A DNA stretch of 64,000 nt from Epiperipatus broadwayi. Its lineage: Eukaryota; Animalia; Onychophora. The first letter of the stretch is position 1, and each line of letters opens with the position of its first letter. Below the pieces are notes generated by a model, which saw only the letters and a program-made list of their open reading frames with translations, was not told the origin of the DNA and ran no database searches. The position numbers and the translations under genes are program-made. The stretch lies in assembly GCA_028023455.1 (NCBI GenBank), contig JAQFVV010000003.1, positions 17,732,001 through 17,796,000 on the forward strand, read 5' to 3'. Of this stretch, positions 25,401 through 39,034 are shown one piece after another.

Positions 25401-26479
25401 TATGTTAATATCTTGAAAGCATAACGAATGGTGATCATGTGATGAAGATATTCAATACTCTTGTATCCTTTTTTATGCTTTTTGAGTTACATGATTTATG
25501 GGGAGAGCTTACATAAATCATAGGATGACAGCCTATTCAAATATTTAAAAAAATACTGAAGGGTTAAAAATCACTGATCTAGATCATCATATGACCAACA
25601 ATTATGGTATATTGAGAAATGTAAATAATGAGGACTTCTCTTCAAAAGTATCCACTTTACAAAAGCTTTTGGTAATGACTTTACATCTCCAATCGCTTCA
25701 CATGGAACCAACGGTGTCAAATCATCTTTTAACTACTTGATGACTGAAACATTTAATTAGTAGAAACTTGAGCAGTTAAAAAGAATTTCCAAAATTTATC
25801 CAAATTAAACTTTTAAGATTTTAATTTTGAATTTTTCCATTTTCTTTTTGTAAAAATTTTTCATTTTGTAAAATGTCAGTATGGTTAAAAGCAGTTAGTT
25901 GTATTGCAATCAATATTTTTTTTATAGTTTGAGGTTTACTCAAATCTATCAATCAAAATCCTGATAATTAAAAATGGTGTCTGATCATTGATATCAACCT
26001 ATAAAAATGAATGTCATATATATATATTTTTGATAGTCTGCGAAATAACATCATTAGTAACTTCTTTTAAAATAGTAACATTTATATTATTTTTAAAAAT
26101 ACATTGGGTTATTTTAAAAATTAACTCCCCCCCCCCCACCAGTAAAAATTAATTTTAACAGATTGCTAAGCATTTTGAGACAAAATATAACTTTATAGTA
26201 TGTCACAATATTACGTATATATACTGTATATATTTTAAAAATCTTCAAATTTGAAATTTTCAAGTTTTCCAAAAAAAAAAACGGATTTATTTTTATAAAA
26301 AATAGTTTTTGAATCCAAAAAACAATTTTATATGCAGTTCCTCATGAAAGAATGACTTTAATTAATCTTTATATAGATACAAAAAGCTCTACTTTATTTC
26401 TTTGAATGGATACAGAACCAACTCTAGGAATTTTACTGCCTTGTGCATAGCACATTTAACTATCTCTTTTACCTAAAAA

Positions 26480-27630
26480 CATATTACAATGGCCTTTGAT
26501 ATAATGTGATGCACTGTAACTTCTCCTTATATGGAATCAGAAATCTCTCAACAACTATGCCCACAGAAGCTTGTTAGCCACTTTGACTTCCCTTTCCACT
26601 CCCCACCCTAAGTTTTCCCATACTCTTCTCTATCATGCTCCATCCTATTTCCATAATATAATCTTTGTCAACTCCATGACCTTTATATCTAAATCCCCCT
26701 TGTCCTTTCCCAAACCCAGCATAAAAACCAATAAGCCACTTTCTGAATAATCATTTTGTTTATATTTATTCTTCCACAACTTCATTATTTGTACCTTTCT
26801 GCTTTCAGTCATTTACATTCAATTAACAGATGCCTAATATTTTCTATACCTTCCTTACACAATTTGAAGACCAAATCACCCATATTTTTCCATTTATGTG
26901 TATATTCCTTTGTTGCTAAAGATCCCATTCAAGCCTTAAACAGTAAACTACTTTCCTTGCTATTATTATAAATTAACTTACACCCAATATTTCTTAGTTC
27001 TATAAATATTTAAACTCTTTTTACTCTCCATCCTAGTTCTTCATCTCTCCAACTTCCTATTCTTTATTAATGCATCTATTTTTCCATCCCATTCCTTAAC
27101 ACTCAACAATTTTCCTGATGCAATCATCCCATCTTTTGTATAACTATACTGACATAAAGTCTTTATCCAAATCTTCTGCATATCTCATTACCTTTCTCAC
27201 CTATCTTGTTACCTGTCCTTTATTCATAACCCAATTAAATACTATTTTGGCTATTCTTTCCTTTTGCTTTTTGCATCTCTCATATAAGAACTTGACCATC
27301 CCATTTCTCCTTGAATTACCTCCTTTGCCATCGACACATCTGCATCTAATGCATGTCTTCCTACATCTCGTTGTACTTTTTCTTAGTAATCTAATACCGC
27401 TTTACTAACACATAATGCATCATTACCATATATTAACACTGCTACTGCCATTCCCTTCCATACAATTCTAGCTACATCATATTTATTATATGTGAATACT
27501 GTTAATTTCTTTATCAATCCCTTTTTTTTTTTTTGCTTCATTTATCAATTTTTTACCCCATTCATCCAAGCAATTCTCTGATTACTTAGGATGATTCCCA
27601 AATAGTTATATCTATTAACCACACTTAACT
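26480..27630 (-). pseudogene. Non-LTR retrotransposon RT C-terminal remnant
   Basis: Minus strand reads YNKYDVARIVWKGMAVAVLIYGNDALC...EKVQRDVGRHAL...EVIQGEMGWSS, typical of the post-RT region of arthropod LINEs. Clade not assigned. Confidence 0.65.
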
Positions 27631-28399
27631 TTATATCTCCCAATAAAAATAAATAAATATCAAAATTTTAATAAATTAAATAAATAAATTTATTTCACAT
27701 TTATTTTGAAGAAAGAGACTAGTGATTTGATTGAAGCATCCTGTAAGCAATTCTCCAAAATTTTCATTAATAGGTAAAAGTAGTAAATTAGATTTTCTTC
27801 AAATTAGTATTCAGTGATAATCTTTGTTGTTTAGTTCAAGGAGAAGATATTTTACCAGCTAGGCAAAATGCCTAGAGTGAGTTTTTCTATTCTGATATTA
27901 TGAAGAAGACAGTCAAAATTGCTATTTTAAAAATTTAATTTGTCTGCACTAGAATTTTAAAACGGGGTGACTGATTTTTTCCAACCACTTATATTTATAA
28001 TCTCTGATCAGTTGGGTCTTAATTGGTCACTATTTCCCACAATGTGTTTCTGCTTTTAGGTTTTTCTGGGGAAAATTTGTTCACTGCCATGGTGGTGGAG
28101 GAAGCAGATAATCGAAATTGTTTGGTTTTACTCTAAGTGCTAAATTATTCCAGACAATGAAGAAAAAATTAAATAAATATCAAAATTTTAATAAAGTTCA
28201 CAATCATTTATTTTATAATAACTAAATAATTTCTATTATCCCTTTTTAAGTTCTCAGATATTTATTTTTATTAAATTAAAATACCTTTTAATTGAATTGA
28301 CTTATGGTAACATCAATCAAAATAATTTAATTTAGTAGTTTTACATTTAATATTTAAATACAAGTATATTATCTACACTGAACTTAACGCAATTAAAAG

Positions 28400-29120
28400 G
28401 GATTTGAACCCAGATTGTCATGCTCCCTTCATCTATCCACTCCATCCTATACAACCGATATACATGATCACATACATGAGAAAAATAAAAATGATTTCCA
28501 ATATACGTATTTCCTGGTAAATCCCTTGACTCGTTAGTTGGTTCAGATCATTATCTCCCATGCATATATAATCAGCGCTCAGTTTATATTAAGATAGCAA
28601 ATCTTCAAACTTTTATGGATATCCTTCAATCTTTTCTACTCTCCAACTCTTCAGCTATCCATTTCATTGAAAATCTGATGATATAATGCTCATAGCCCTT
28701 GTTGATGTCAGTATTATTGTCATACCCATGTAGACTTTAAGTTACTCAGATCCGCTCATGTATGGGACTTTAATATAACCATCACATGAGGGGTCAGAGT
28801 GACTGAAAGACAGCATGGGTATGACAATAATAATGGCATCAACAAAGGCTTTGAGCATACCATCATCAGATTTTCAATAATATGGATGGCTGAAAGGTTG
28901 AAGAATTGAAGATTGAAGATTTGCTATCTTAAATTTAAACTGAGCATTGATTTATATATGTATGTGGGAGATGATGATATGGACCAACTGATGAGTGCTG
29001 GTTCAGCACAAAATACATATATTGGAGATTATCTTTTTCACATGTATGTGGTAATGTGTATTGGCTGTATAGGATAGAATAAACAGATGTAAGGAACTTC
29101 AAAGTTTGAGTTCAAATAGT
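28400..29120. repeat. Long imperfect foldback (arms about 350 bp) carrying family B hammerhead-like motifs
   Basis: Arm matches include CTCAGTTTA.ATT.AAGATAGCAAATCTTCAA / TTGAAGATTTGCTATCTTAAATTTAAACTGAG and TATTATTGTCATACCCATG / CATGGGTATGACAATAATA. The centre is also self-complementary (CTCATGT/ACATGAG). Confidence 0.92.
28984..29025 (+). ncRNA. Minimal type I hammerhead ribozyme-like motif (family B)
   Basis: CCAA CUGAUGA GUGCUG GUU CAGCAC AAAA UACAUAU A UUGG. Stem I CCAA/UUGG, perfect 6-bp stem II, GAAA changed to AAAA. The partner arm (28498-28541, minus) keeps GAAAUACGUAUAUUGG with palindromic stem III AUACGUAU. Confidence 0.7.
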
Positions 29121-29931
29121 TTTACATTTATAAATTTTAAAAATGGATGAAGTTTTAAACATATAACTTTTATGCATGCATATATATATATATTGAATGG
29201 ACTGTTTGTTCTACTATTTTAGATAACAATTGCAATTAGCATAATATATTTATTGCAAAAATGTTTTAAAATATTCTATTTTATTGTGTTTGATTTATTG
29301 TATTCTATTCTGTATATCTACAATATCAGTTTTATGAGTGTATTTTTCTATTTGTATATAAAAATTTGATTGCACTTTTCAAAATAATAATATTAATAAT
29401 ATAAACACACATATTTTATATATGCATTGATTAACAAAATCTGCTCAGAAGACATCTTCAAATACTTTCTCAAAATTTATATTCATTTAGGCAGGAATAT
29501 GAGAGACTTTTGAATTTCATTTCGACTATATTATCTGCTATCTGATCAATAAGAGTGGTGGATTTACTTTGCTTAACCAGAAAATAAACCCAATTTTTTT
29601 TTTTTTAGTTTTTGGTTATATTAGTTAATTGCAATAGTAAATATAAGATTACAATATATACATATATATTAAAGCCACTTTTATTAAAACTTTAAAAGCC
29701 ACCATGTAACACAGACAACTAGCATTTTTTTTTTGTAAATTACAATGGAATTGCATGATCTTTTTTCATTGCTTATTTTTTATATTACTATTCAAATATA
29801 TGAAGTGTAATTGTACTGGACTTTATTTATTCCTTACATTGTTTTTCTACAGATGGAAGAGAGATGTCATTAATGCTAATTGATATAAAGTGAAGATAAA
29901 ATTAATGTATACATTAATTAATTATCTATAC

Positions 29932-30327
29932 CAGGGGTCCCCAACCCTATGCTCACGGGCACCATGGTGCCCACAGACCATTTTACGTGTGCCCGCCACT
30001 ATCCGAACACGATAAAAAATTATTTATCTGATTCAAATAAATTTAATTTTTTAAATTTCTTATAAATTATTGTATTATATTGTAATCAAATTGTAGGGCT
30101 ACTATACTTTTACAAGTAAAAATATAAACGTTAATTATATGTTAAAATTTTATTTTTGAAATAAATATTTTTTGTACATTATGTGTATTATTAACAATAT
30201 CCAACTATAAATTTACATTGAAAAAATAAATGGTGCCCACCATCTGGTTGGAAAAAATAAATGGTGCCCGCCACCTGGTCGGTATTATAGAATATGCTCT
30301 TAAGTGCAAAAAGGTTGGGGACCCCTG
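29932..30327. mobile_element. hAT-superfamily MITE
   Basis: Perfect 15-bp TIR CAGGGGTCCCCAACC / GGTTGGGGACCCCTG, with an exact 8-bp TSD ATCTATAC at 29924-29931 and 30328-30335. Confidence 0.95.
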
Positions 30328-30464
30328 ATCTATACAATAATTATATGAACCAAAGCAATAAAGCACCTTTTTCTAAACTCATAGTGAAATAAGATCAAAC
30401 CATCAAACATCACATGATCACTATTCTTTATGCTTACACAAGCTGTTTATACACAAGCAAAACT

Positions 30465-30566
30465 GAGAATATTGGATGAGTAGGCAATAAATAGAGATTT
30501 TATGCATAAACCTTTCTGCATTCATTGATTACTCTGGCTTGCTACTATATGGAGAGTTTAGCCTGT
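30465..30566 (+). repeat. Truncated family A fragment (3' part, no ribozyme core)
   Basis: ATATTGGATGAGTAGGC...GATTTTATGCA.AA.CCTT...CATTGATTACTCTGGCTTGC...TATGGAGAGTTTAGCCT matches 25293-25400. Confidence 0.75.
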
Positions 30567-33333
30567 GTGTGAAATAATAAGATACATCCAGAATATCTTC
30601 TAACCTCTTATTTTAACAATGAACTCAGTAGAAAGAAATCTAATGCCCTGAACAACTAACTTATTGATGTGAGCATGTTTAACAATAATCATTAGTGAAC
30701 AAAATAGTTTGTTAATGATCAAAGAAAGAGTCTGTGGATCCATTTCTATCAGATTGTGGAAAATAGATTTCCCACACAACAATAATCATAAAAATTATTC
30801 CAGTAAAATTGTTATGTACTATATAATAAAAAGTTAAACAGATGAATCCACAGATTAACATTAAAAATAAGTAAAAACACAATAGAGGGGAACAGCACTA
30901 TTTCTAAAAACTGGGGTTACTATTAAATGCCAAAGAGATGGTTCCATGGTATAAAAAAAAATGAACATAGACAAAATGTGAATTTCATTCTTTTTTGAGT
31001 AAATTAATTTTAGACTGTTATTTTACCAAACTTATAATATCAAAATGATAAATGAATCATAAAAGCATTGTGCCATATTGTGAAAATGATAAGAGATAAA
31101 TGTGACCTTTATTTTGAATATGAAGATATTGAATCTGCAACGCTAACAATACATCTTCATTGCATTAGACATGTGAAAAAGATTAAGAATTATAAATATT
31201 TTAAATAAAAGTATTTCATGGTAAAAATGAGTATATTTTTTAGTAAAGAGTTAGTGTGCATTTAGATGATTTCAAAAACACTTTATAAAGATGCAAAATC
31301 AATTGTTTTTACTGAAAGAATGGTTGCATAGAAGGGAATGGAGAGCTACAGTTAGGCCAAAAAGTTAAGTCTTTCAGAAAAAAAACTTTGCAGAAAAAGT
31401 AAAGATAACAGATAAACAGACTCAAGGAATAGCTTGCAACATATGTGGATAAATTACACAAAGTTGTGGATAACCTTCATACTGCTGGGAAACTGCATTT
31501 CATGATATAGTCTCATAAATCACATGATTTGTGAAGATAACCCCTAATGTATCATGATTTGTTTAAGTACACACAAGAATTCTATGCACACTCACATCAT
31601 TTAATTACAATCTCTTATACTGATACAAAATCCATCAGTCATAACAAACCAAATTATATTTTTGATAAACACATATATATATATAGTGCAGATCTTTTGA
31701 TATGTAAATATGAAGAATGCATTAATATATATATATATGTGTGTGTGTGTGTTTTAACAAATATAATACAGTGAATACATGCCAATATTAAGCATAATTT
31801 AAAATTATACACATTACTCTCTCCTGTTTTTCAAAAAAATAAATAAAATAAAACATGCTTTTTCAGTATCCTTCTTGACTATTCTTGCGATAAAAATTAT
31901 TGATGAAATGCAAAATCTCCAATGCCTAAGTAATGTTAAAGTTCATGTTTATGTTTTATAATTCCAACACCAGCAATTGCATTATAAATTAAAAAATTAA
32001 AATTTATAAAATTAAAATTTCATTTTATATTAATTTTTTAATTTTTTCAAATCACAGGTTAATAATTTCAGACAATGAAAAATTATCAAATTAGATCAAT
32101 TTTGAATTACATAATATCTTATGGAAATGCATTAATTAAATAAATTATGAACTACCAATATGAGAAATACATCATCAGCAACCAATAATATAAAAACTGC
32201 ATTCAGTATTTCAGCTAAAAGAAATTTACTACATTTATGTTTGCTGTTGGACAATGTGTATATTTATTGCATTTCATTAATTTTTGACAAATAATCCCCT
32301 ATTAAACAGTTTGTGTTGATTACTAATAATGAATAAGGATATTTAAGTGGTTTCTTTTAGGCTATAATGAAACTACATTCAGAATGGGAAATTATGACAA
32401 AAGTGAGGATCAATTTCTGGAGAACCCCTATCATCAGTTGTGCCAAGACTTTAAACTTCACTTTACCATATATTAAAATACTTTAATTTTATTATTATTA
32501 AGCAGATTTTAATTTTTATATTTCAAAATGTGAAAATTGAAATATATACTTTTAATTATTTCAATGTGATGTTTTTTTTAAAAAAGTTATTTCCATTTTA
32601 TATAAACTTCTCCATTAATATGTTTATTTCTCAGTGCCAGGTAGCTAATCTTGATTGGCTGCATTAGTAAAAATGTGGCAATAGATTTTAACTAGTAAGT
32701 AAAAAAATGGAGAACTTCATTTATTAAATATTTCCATATATATATATTATTTTACAAAATTAAGAATTATTAATGTATTGCTATTTAGACAATCAAAAAG
32801 CATATATTAATGAAAATGTGCAGTCAGTATTGTGCTATAGTCAATATTGTTATATCACATGTTGAGCTGCCAAATTATAATAGAAATTGGGAGGGGGGTA
32901 ATAATAGTTATTTCTTCCATGTTGATCTACAAAAGTGTAATAAAAAAAATTGATTTTTAATAGTATACTAACTTTTTGAGATGATGATTATATATATTTT
33001 TATATAAGTAAACTGACCATAGCTATATCAAAGGATAATATAACTTTATTGAATGTTCTTCTCAAACCTTATTGGAATGACAAAATGTATTGTGATTTTA
33101 TAAAAAAAAGTAAAGATCTGCTACCATGTTCTCTAAACTTATGTAGTGGTTATTTTTTAAAATGTGGTAATTCTCATTTTTCTAGCTCTCACCTTCAACA
33201 CATATATAAGTGTAAAGGCAGTACTATATCTTATTTAATTTCTGTGGGTTCCATATTTAATCATATAATAAATATCATAGCATAACCTTTAATCTTGAAC
33301 TTCTTTTTTCTTTTAAAAATAGTCAGTATAAAC

Positions 33334-34583
33334 AATATTCATCAAAATATAAAATCACAAACCAATTTTCTTTAAAAACTTGTTTTTTTATTATGAATTT
33401 TTCAACAAAATTCTAACATGCTTTTTAATACACAAAAATAATAAAACAAATAAAATAAAACATTATATAATCATTAAACTCTACATATATTTCACTCTCA
33501 AAAAAAAATCTCTTTTTTAAAAATCTTTTTTCTTTAAAAAAAAATTTAATATAAAACATTAGAACATTACCTTCCTCTATTTAAAACAACCTACAATTTA
33601 AACTTCTATTTAAAACATTCTGTTTAAATTATATTTAGATAAAATACCTCAAATGTCAATTTCCAGTTTTTTCTTTTATTCCTATATTGTTTTAATTCCC
33701 TACTACTATAATTTTCCTTTTTTAAACTTACTTTATAATTAATTATTGTTTCTAAAAATTCTATTTTTATGCAAATGATGTGACTAGTTTTTATTTTTTA
33801 TAAAATCAATTAGTTTTTTATTCATATATGGTTTAAATTCCTTAATATAAAAATTTTCCTTTAAAAATCTTTCTTTATAATTAGTTACTGTTTCTAAAAG
33901 TTCTATTTTGTAATTGATGTGACCAGATTTTAGAAACTTTTAGAAACAGTAACTAATTATAAAGAAAGATTTTTAAAGGAAAATTTTTATATTAAGGAAT
34001 TTAAACCATATATGAATAAAAAACTAATTGATTTTATAAAAAATAAAAACTAGTCACATCATTTGCATAAAAATAGAATTTTTAGAAACAATAATTAATT
34101 ATAAAGTAAGTTTAAAAAAGGAAAAACTTTTATAGTAGGGAATTAAAACAATATAGGAATAAAAGAAAAAAAACTAATTGATTGTTGTGGGTGATGGGAC
34201 TGGTTTTGAGGTATTTTATCTAAATATAATTTAAACAGAATGTTTTAAATAGAAGTTTAAATTGTAGGTTGTTTTAAATAGAGGAAGGTAATGTTCTAAT
34301 GTTTTATATTAAATTTATGTCTTTAAAGGGAAAAAAGATTTTTTTAAAAAAGAATTTTTTATTTTGAGAAGATTTGAAATATATGTAGAGTTTAATGATT
34401 ATATAATGTTTTATTTTATTTGTTTTATTATTTTTTGTATATTTTAGTGGCTTGAAAAAGACTATAAGGAAGTAAATAGTCGAAACGTTGCTTTTGAAAT
34501 TAAAATTCATATAGTCATAATAATAAAAAAACAAGTTTTTTAAAGAAAATTGGTTTGTGATTTTATATTTTGATAATAAATAT
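33334..34583. repeat. Large foldback, arms about 600 bp, spacer about 25 bp
   Basis: Inner arms are near perfect (AAAAATCTTTCTTTATAATTAGTTACTGTTTCTAAAAGTT and its reverse complement at about 33935-33975). Outer arms match with indels (ATCAAAATATAAAATCACAAACCAATTTTCTTTAAAAA). Confidence 0.93.
34447..34492 (+). ncRNA. Degenerate hammerhead ribozyme-like motif (family C)
   Basis: GUGGC UUGAAAA A GACUAU AAGGAAGUAA AUAGUC GAAAC GUU GC. Perfect 6-bp stem II and GAAACGUU with palindromic stem III. The CUGAnGA core has 2 changes and stem I is only about 3 bp. Confidence 0.5.
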
Positions 34584-35567
34584 CACAGGGTGTGAAAGCA
34601 CCAGCAAGATTGTATATGTCATAACCAGACTCTTATAATCATTTACTAGATCCATTTTTTCTAAGTTCAGCAATAAACACAATTTTCTTGAATTTCCTCT
34701 TTAATCACTCATATATATATAGACCAGATATATGGATGAATAAACATGAGTCAGATAAATAAATTATAATAATTAATTTAACATAAAAATTTACAAAATA
34801 CAAATTAATAATGTATCAAGATAAAAACAATATACTTAATTGCACATACTATAATTTTAATAAATACACATTATTGCTTCCAGCAAATCCCCCTCATCAA
34901 ACTATTATGACTAAAAATCTGCAACTAGATTTTTTTTAATAAAGGTTAAAAATTAAATTAATCAAATTTCTCATATTTTACACAACACCCAAAAAAATCT
35001 ACAGACAAACTTAATATTTTCAAATAAATGGAATAAAGTAATAACTAATTGCATGGTGAACAAAGGTTTGCTTATATAGTGATAAGCTCTAAGTATAAGC
35101 GGTCCACTTATGCTTTTTAAACTGATGCTTATGAGTGAGTGTGTCTAAATTCGTGGAAAGTGCATGACTGAAGGTTTATTCCCTTCTCTATGTTTTTAGA
35201 TTATAATTATATAGAGTTAAATAAGAGAAATGATAAAATTAATGAGGTCAATATTTTTTTTATGCCCACACTAAAATATTTTAATACTATTGGGAATCTG
35301 GGTGAACCACAGATTTTACCTGTTTTTATTCCTGTGCAGCTTCTTTATGTTGAGACAGTTATGCTTCTAATATTGAACACACATTTATAGTCAGGTTCAA
35401 GGCTTCTTCTGTGGGCATGCTCTTCCCCCCTCACATAAATTTAAAGTGAAGCTTTGATTTACTACTGTAGATTTTTAAAAACCCAGAAACTTTTTCATTG
35501 GTCATTTTATATATTTTACAATAAATTCTTCAATCTCACAACTGATGTTTTTACTATATATATATAA

Positions 35568-35872
35568 AATAAATAAAGAGCATACTAATAGCTCTAAACA
35601 AGCTTTTTTAAAATGAAAAGCTGAATTTGAAGACATACAGATGTCTGAAAATTTCAGATCTTCTTCTTAATAGTTAACTATTAGATAAATGTTTGGCCTG
35701 AGTTCATATTCTGAATGGAATATCCTAGCTCCTCAATGAAGAGAGCCATAGCTCGAAACCGGTCTGGGGATAGGGTCAATCCTAGATAAAGATTTCAAAG
35801 GCTTTCTCTTGTGGCATTTATCATAATAAAAAATAAGCTTGTTTAGAACTATTAACATGCTCTTTATTTATT
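35568..35872 (+). mobile_element. Element of about 300 bp with 37-bp inverted ends enclosing a hammerhead-like motif (family D)
   Basis: AATAAATAAAGAGCATACTAATAGCTCTAAACAAGCT (35568-35604) is inverted at about 35835-35872 with 3 mismatches. Confidence 0.75.
35722..35776 (+). ncRNA. Minimal type I hammerhead ribozyme-like motif (family D), best preserved copy
   Basis: AUCCUA GC UCCUCA AUGAAGA GAGC CAUA GCUC GAAAC CG GUC UGGGGA UAGGGU. Extended stem I, perfect 4-bp stem II with a tetraloop, GAAA, palindromic ACCGGU stem III, GUC triplet. The only core defect is C3 changed to A. Confidence 0.8.
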
Positions 35873-36559
35873 ACATATTGATACTGCAAGCTATATAGAT
35901 CATGTGATATATGATTTGTTTTCATTAATATATATATATGTATTATTATACTAACATATTTTTCAATAACTAATAAAAAAATGAAAACCAGCTTCTCTTT
36001 ATATTGCAGATTTTGAAAAAAAAAAAACTCTTTCTATTGTTGATTTTGAAAGATATATGATATCTTTCTTACCTAAAAACATTTGAATTCAAATTTTTTG
36101 CTATTATACCTCTCATATTTTTATACAATATTTTAGAAGTTATAATTTATATATATGATTCAAAACTTTTAAGTTTTATACATATATTATTATTTGTAAT
36201 AACATATTTCAATAAATAATAAAGAAATAACTGCTTTTCTTTTGTGTAGATTTTTAAAACATGTGATATCATCTTACAAATATTTATACATTTGAATTCA
36301 AGTTTTTTTTCTCATAATATCCATCAATTTTTTAATAAAATATTTTAGGTTTTATAATATACTAGTTGTTCCTGCTTGCATTAGTAGAATAAAAAATTAT
36401 AAAAGAATAAAATGCTCTTGCTAATTAAAATATATTTACATAATATTTATATAAAATAAAAATATATGAGTTATCAACAGCAGTATCACAAAAATATATA
36501 TTTAAAGTGGCTATGAAGTTTTAATATTATGGTATTATGGTAATTTTTCGACATATGTA

Positions 36560-39034
36560 ATCTATTTTTGCATTAAGGTTTATAAATGCTACTTTCTTTC
36601 TGCATTTTTATCAAGTCATCAGAAAACGATTGTAATTTGAAACATTTTTACATTGTAAATTACCAAAGTTTTTGTTTGAGTGGTAGACAACTAAACAAAA
36701 TTACTACCTCTGACAGAAACATTTCACCACTCATGCATAAATTATTTGTGAGATTTGGAAACAAGGTGTTTCCCACTTTCAATCTAACATCCAACTATTG
36801 GCAGATTGACTCCACCCAGATAATTGCCAATACACTGCCTCCTGATATGAGGGTAATACATATCAGTTTAATAGGATTCCTTTTGGATTGATAAATAGTG
36901 GTGCTTGATCTGATAAGGTGTTTAGATAAGACTCTATCTCCTGAAGTTAAACAGACCATGACTATTTATGTAGATGATGTAATAATTGCATCTGCCACAA
37001 TTGAAGAATATCTTCATCTCACCCATATTTTTTGAAGAGAGCTACCAGAAGGGGATCAAAATCAACTTCAAGAAGACTACCCTAGTTTCCAACCAGGTAA
37101 TCTTCCTAGGTCATATCATAGATTACAATGGAATAAGGCCTCATCCAGAAATCAGTGCCATTCAAAACTTTCCTAAATCAACTAACAGAAATCAAATTTG
37201 ATCATTTTTAGGCCTGTGCAACTTTTACAATTGTTTCTACCAAAAGTTCTCAGACCACATGGAACCATTGTTAAAACTGATTAGGAAAGATGAGTGGTGG
37301 AACTGGACTGAGGAACAGGATAAGGCATTTGAGAATATTAAAACAGGGTTCTTAAAAGCAAACTATGTTAACCTTCCCTGATTTTAATAAACCATTCATT
37401 GTCCAAACACAGTAGTGGTTTCAGATTAGGGGTAAGGCAATCCCAGATCCAGGAGGGAAGTCAGCCTGGAGTCCTCTGTTTTATCAGCCGGGATCAGAAA
37501 TAAATTACATGGTTACTGGGAAGAAAGCACTAGCAATAATGCAGGCCTTCCAAAAGTTTTGATAGATGTTATTTTCGAATCAGAGGTGATAGTGATCACT
37601 GGTCACAAAAGCCTTGAATTCTGAATTACAGCTACAAGACCAATAGTCATCTAGTCAGATGAAGCTTCCTATTTCAGGAATTCAATTACACCATGGAATA
37701 CTGTAAGGGATCTGAAAATGCCATGGCTGATATGCTTAGTCGAAACCCATGTAGGTCAGAACAGAACCACTTATCAGTAGATAATGCCTACATTATAAAT
37801 GTCAATATAATGACTGATACTAATGTAGAGAACGATTTGGAGAACCTATCTGAAATTCAATTTAGGGACCCAGATTTAAAGCCAATCATGAAAGTTTTAA
37901 AAGGAGAGAAAGTTTTGAATATACCAAAAAATCTTACTTGTTTTAAGTTAGAAAAACAGGTCTTACTATACAAAGTTAACTATGATATTGATGAGTGGAG
38001 GGTAGTAATATCTCAATCTTTACAAGACCCACTCATACAGTATGTACATTGTCTGTATGGGCAATATGGTACCTAGAAAATGGGACCCTCCCTGAAAATT
38101 GGATTTACTGGCCAAAAATGTACAAGGATATATTGAGATCATTCCAAGACTATCTAATATACTTAAAGGCCAAGCCAGTAAACTAGAACTATATTAACTC
38201 TACCAAATCAATCATACCAGAAAGACCAAACGAGATCCTAGTGATCGACTATTATGAGCCATTGCCCCCATTTAACAAAAAATACTTGTTAATCACCTAT
38301 GATCTCTTTTCCAGATATGTTGCTGCTTACTCAATATCCCAAGACAATACTAGATATTTAATCAAGGTATTGGACACCCTCCAATTCCTGAGGATAGGAA
38401 AGCCCAAGACCATTTTAACAGATCATGGTACACCTTTCCTATCTAAGGAATGGAAAAAATGGGTGAAAAAATCTCAAAAAATATATGCTAATCTCCATTA
38501 GGAATCTACAGTCAAATCCATGCAAATGTGTCATGTGGAAGCTTGGATGTTTGCTTAGGACTAACTTAGAAGGAGAACATAAGGCATGGGTGAAGCAGAC
38601 AAAATGTGTGGTTGACTACATCAATTGGAGCGTAAATGAATCAACTGGTTACATGCCCATCTGACTTACTCTTTAATCAAGCCACACCTGTGCTATTCGC
38701 AAAATATTAACCTAGGGCTACTCGACCCAAAGTAGATGAAGAAAAGAATATTATAATAAAGGTTTATGAATGGCTCACCACAATGGCAAGTCATAGGAAC
38801 CAAAATACAAGAAAGTCCCCACACAAATTTAAGGTTGGAGATAAAGTTCTGGTAAAAACTCCACATCCAAGTAGACTTCAGGAAAATAAATATCATAAGT
38901 TCTACCATACATATGAAGGACCATATATCATTGTTAAGCAAACAGATCTCAACACATTTTGGATAAACCAGGAAGGAGAGATTTGGGGCATGTATAATGC
39001 CCACATCTTGAAACCCTATTTTGGCTGCTCATAA
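36560..39034 (+). pseudogene. Ty3/gypsy pol remnant: RT, RNase H, integrase
   Basis: FNLTSNYWQI, YVDDVIIAS, VIFLGHII...GIRPHP, SFLGLCNFY, EYCKGSENAMADMLSR, IDYYEPLP...YLLITYDLFSRY, ILTDHGTPF, FKVGDKVLVK...YEGPYIIVKQ. Many frameshifts and stops. Confidence 0.93.

Noticed and set aside
25600-25720. Minus-strand open frame DDLTPLVPCEAIGDVKSLPKAFVKW...
   Set aside because: Weak splice acceptor, no neighbouring compatible exons and no recognised homology.
32400-32447. Minus-strand CUGAUGA UAGGGGUUCUCCA GAAA UUGA UC
   Set aside because: The core spacing is suggestive, but the sequence after the putative cleavage site (CUCAC) cannot pair with the 5' strand (GCACAA), so there is no stem I.
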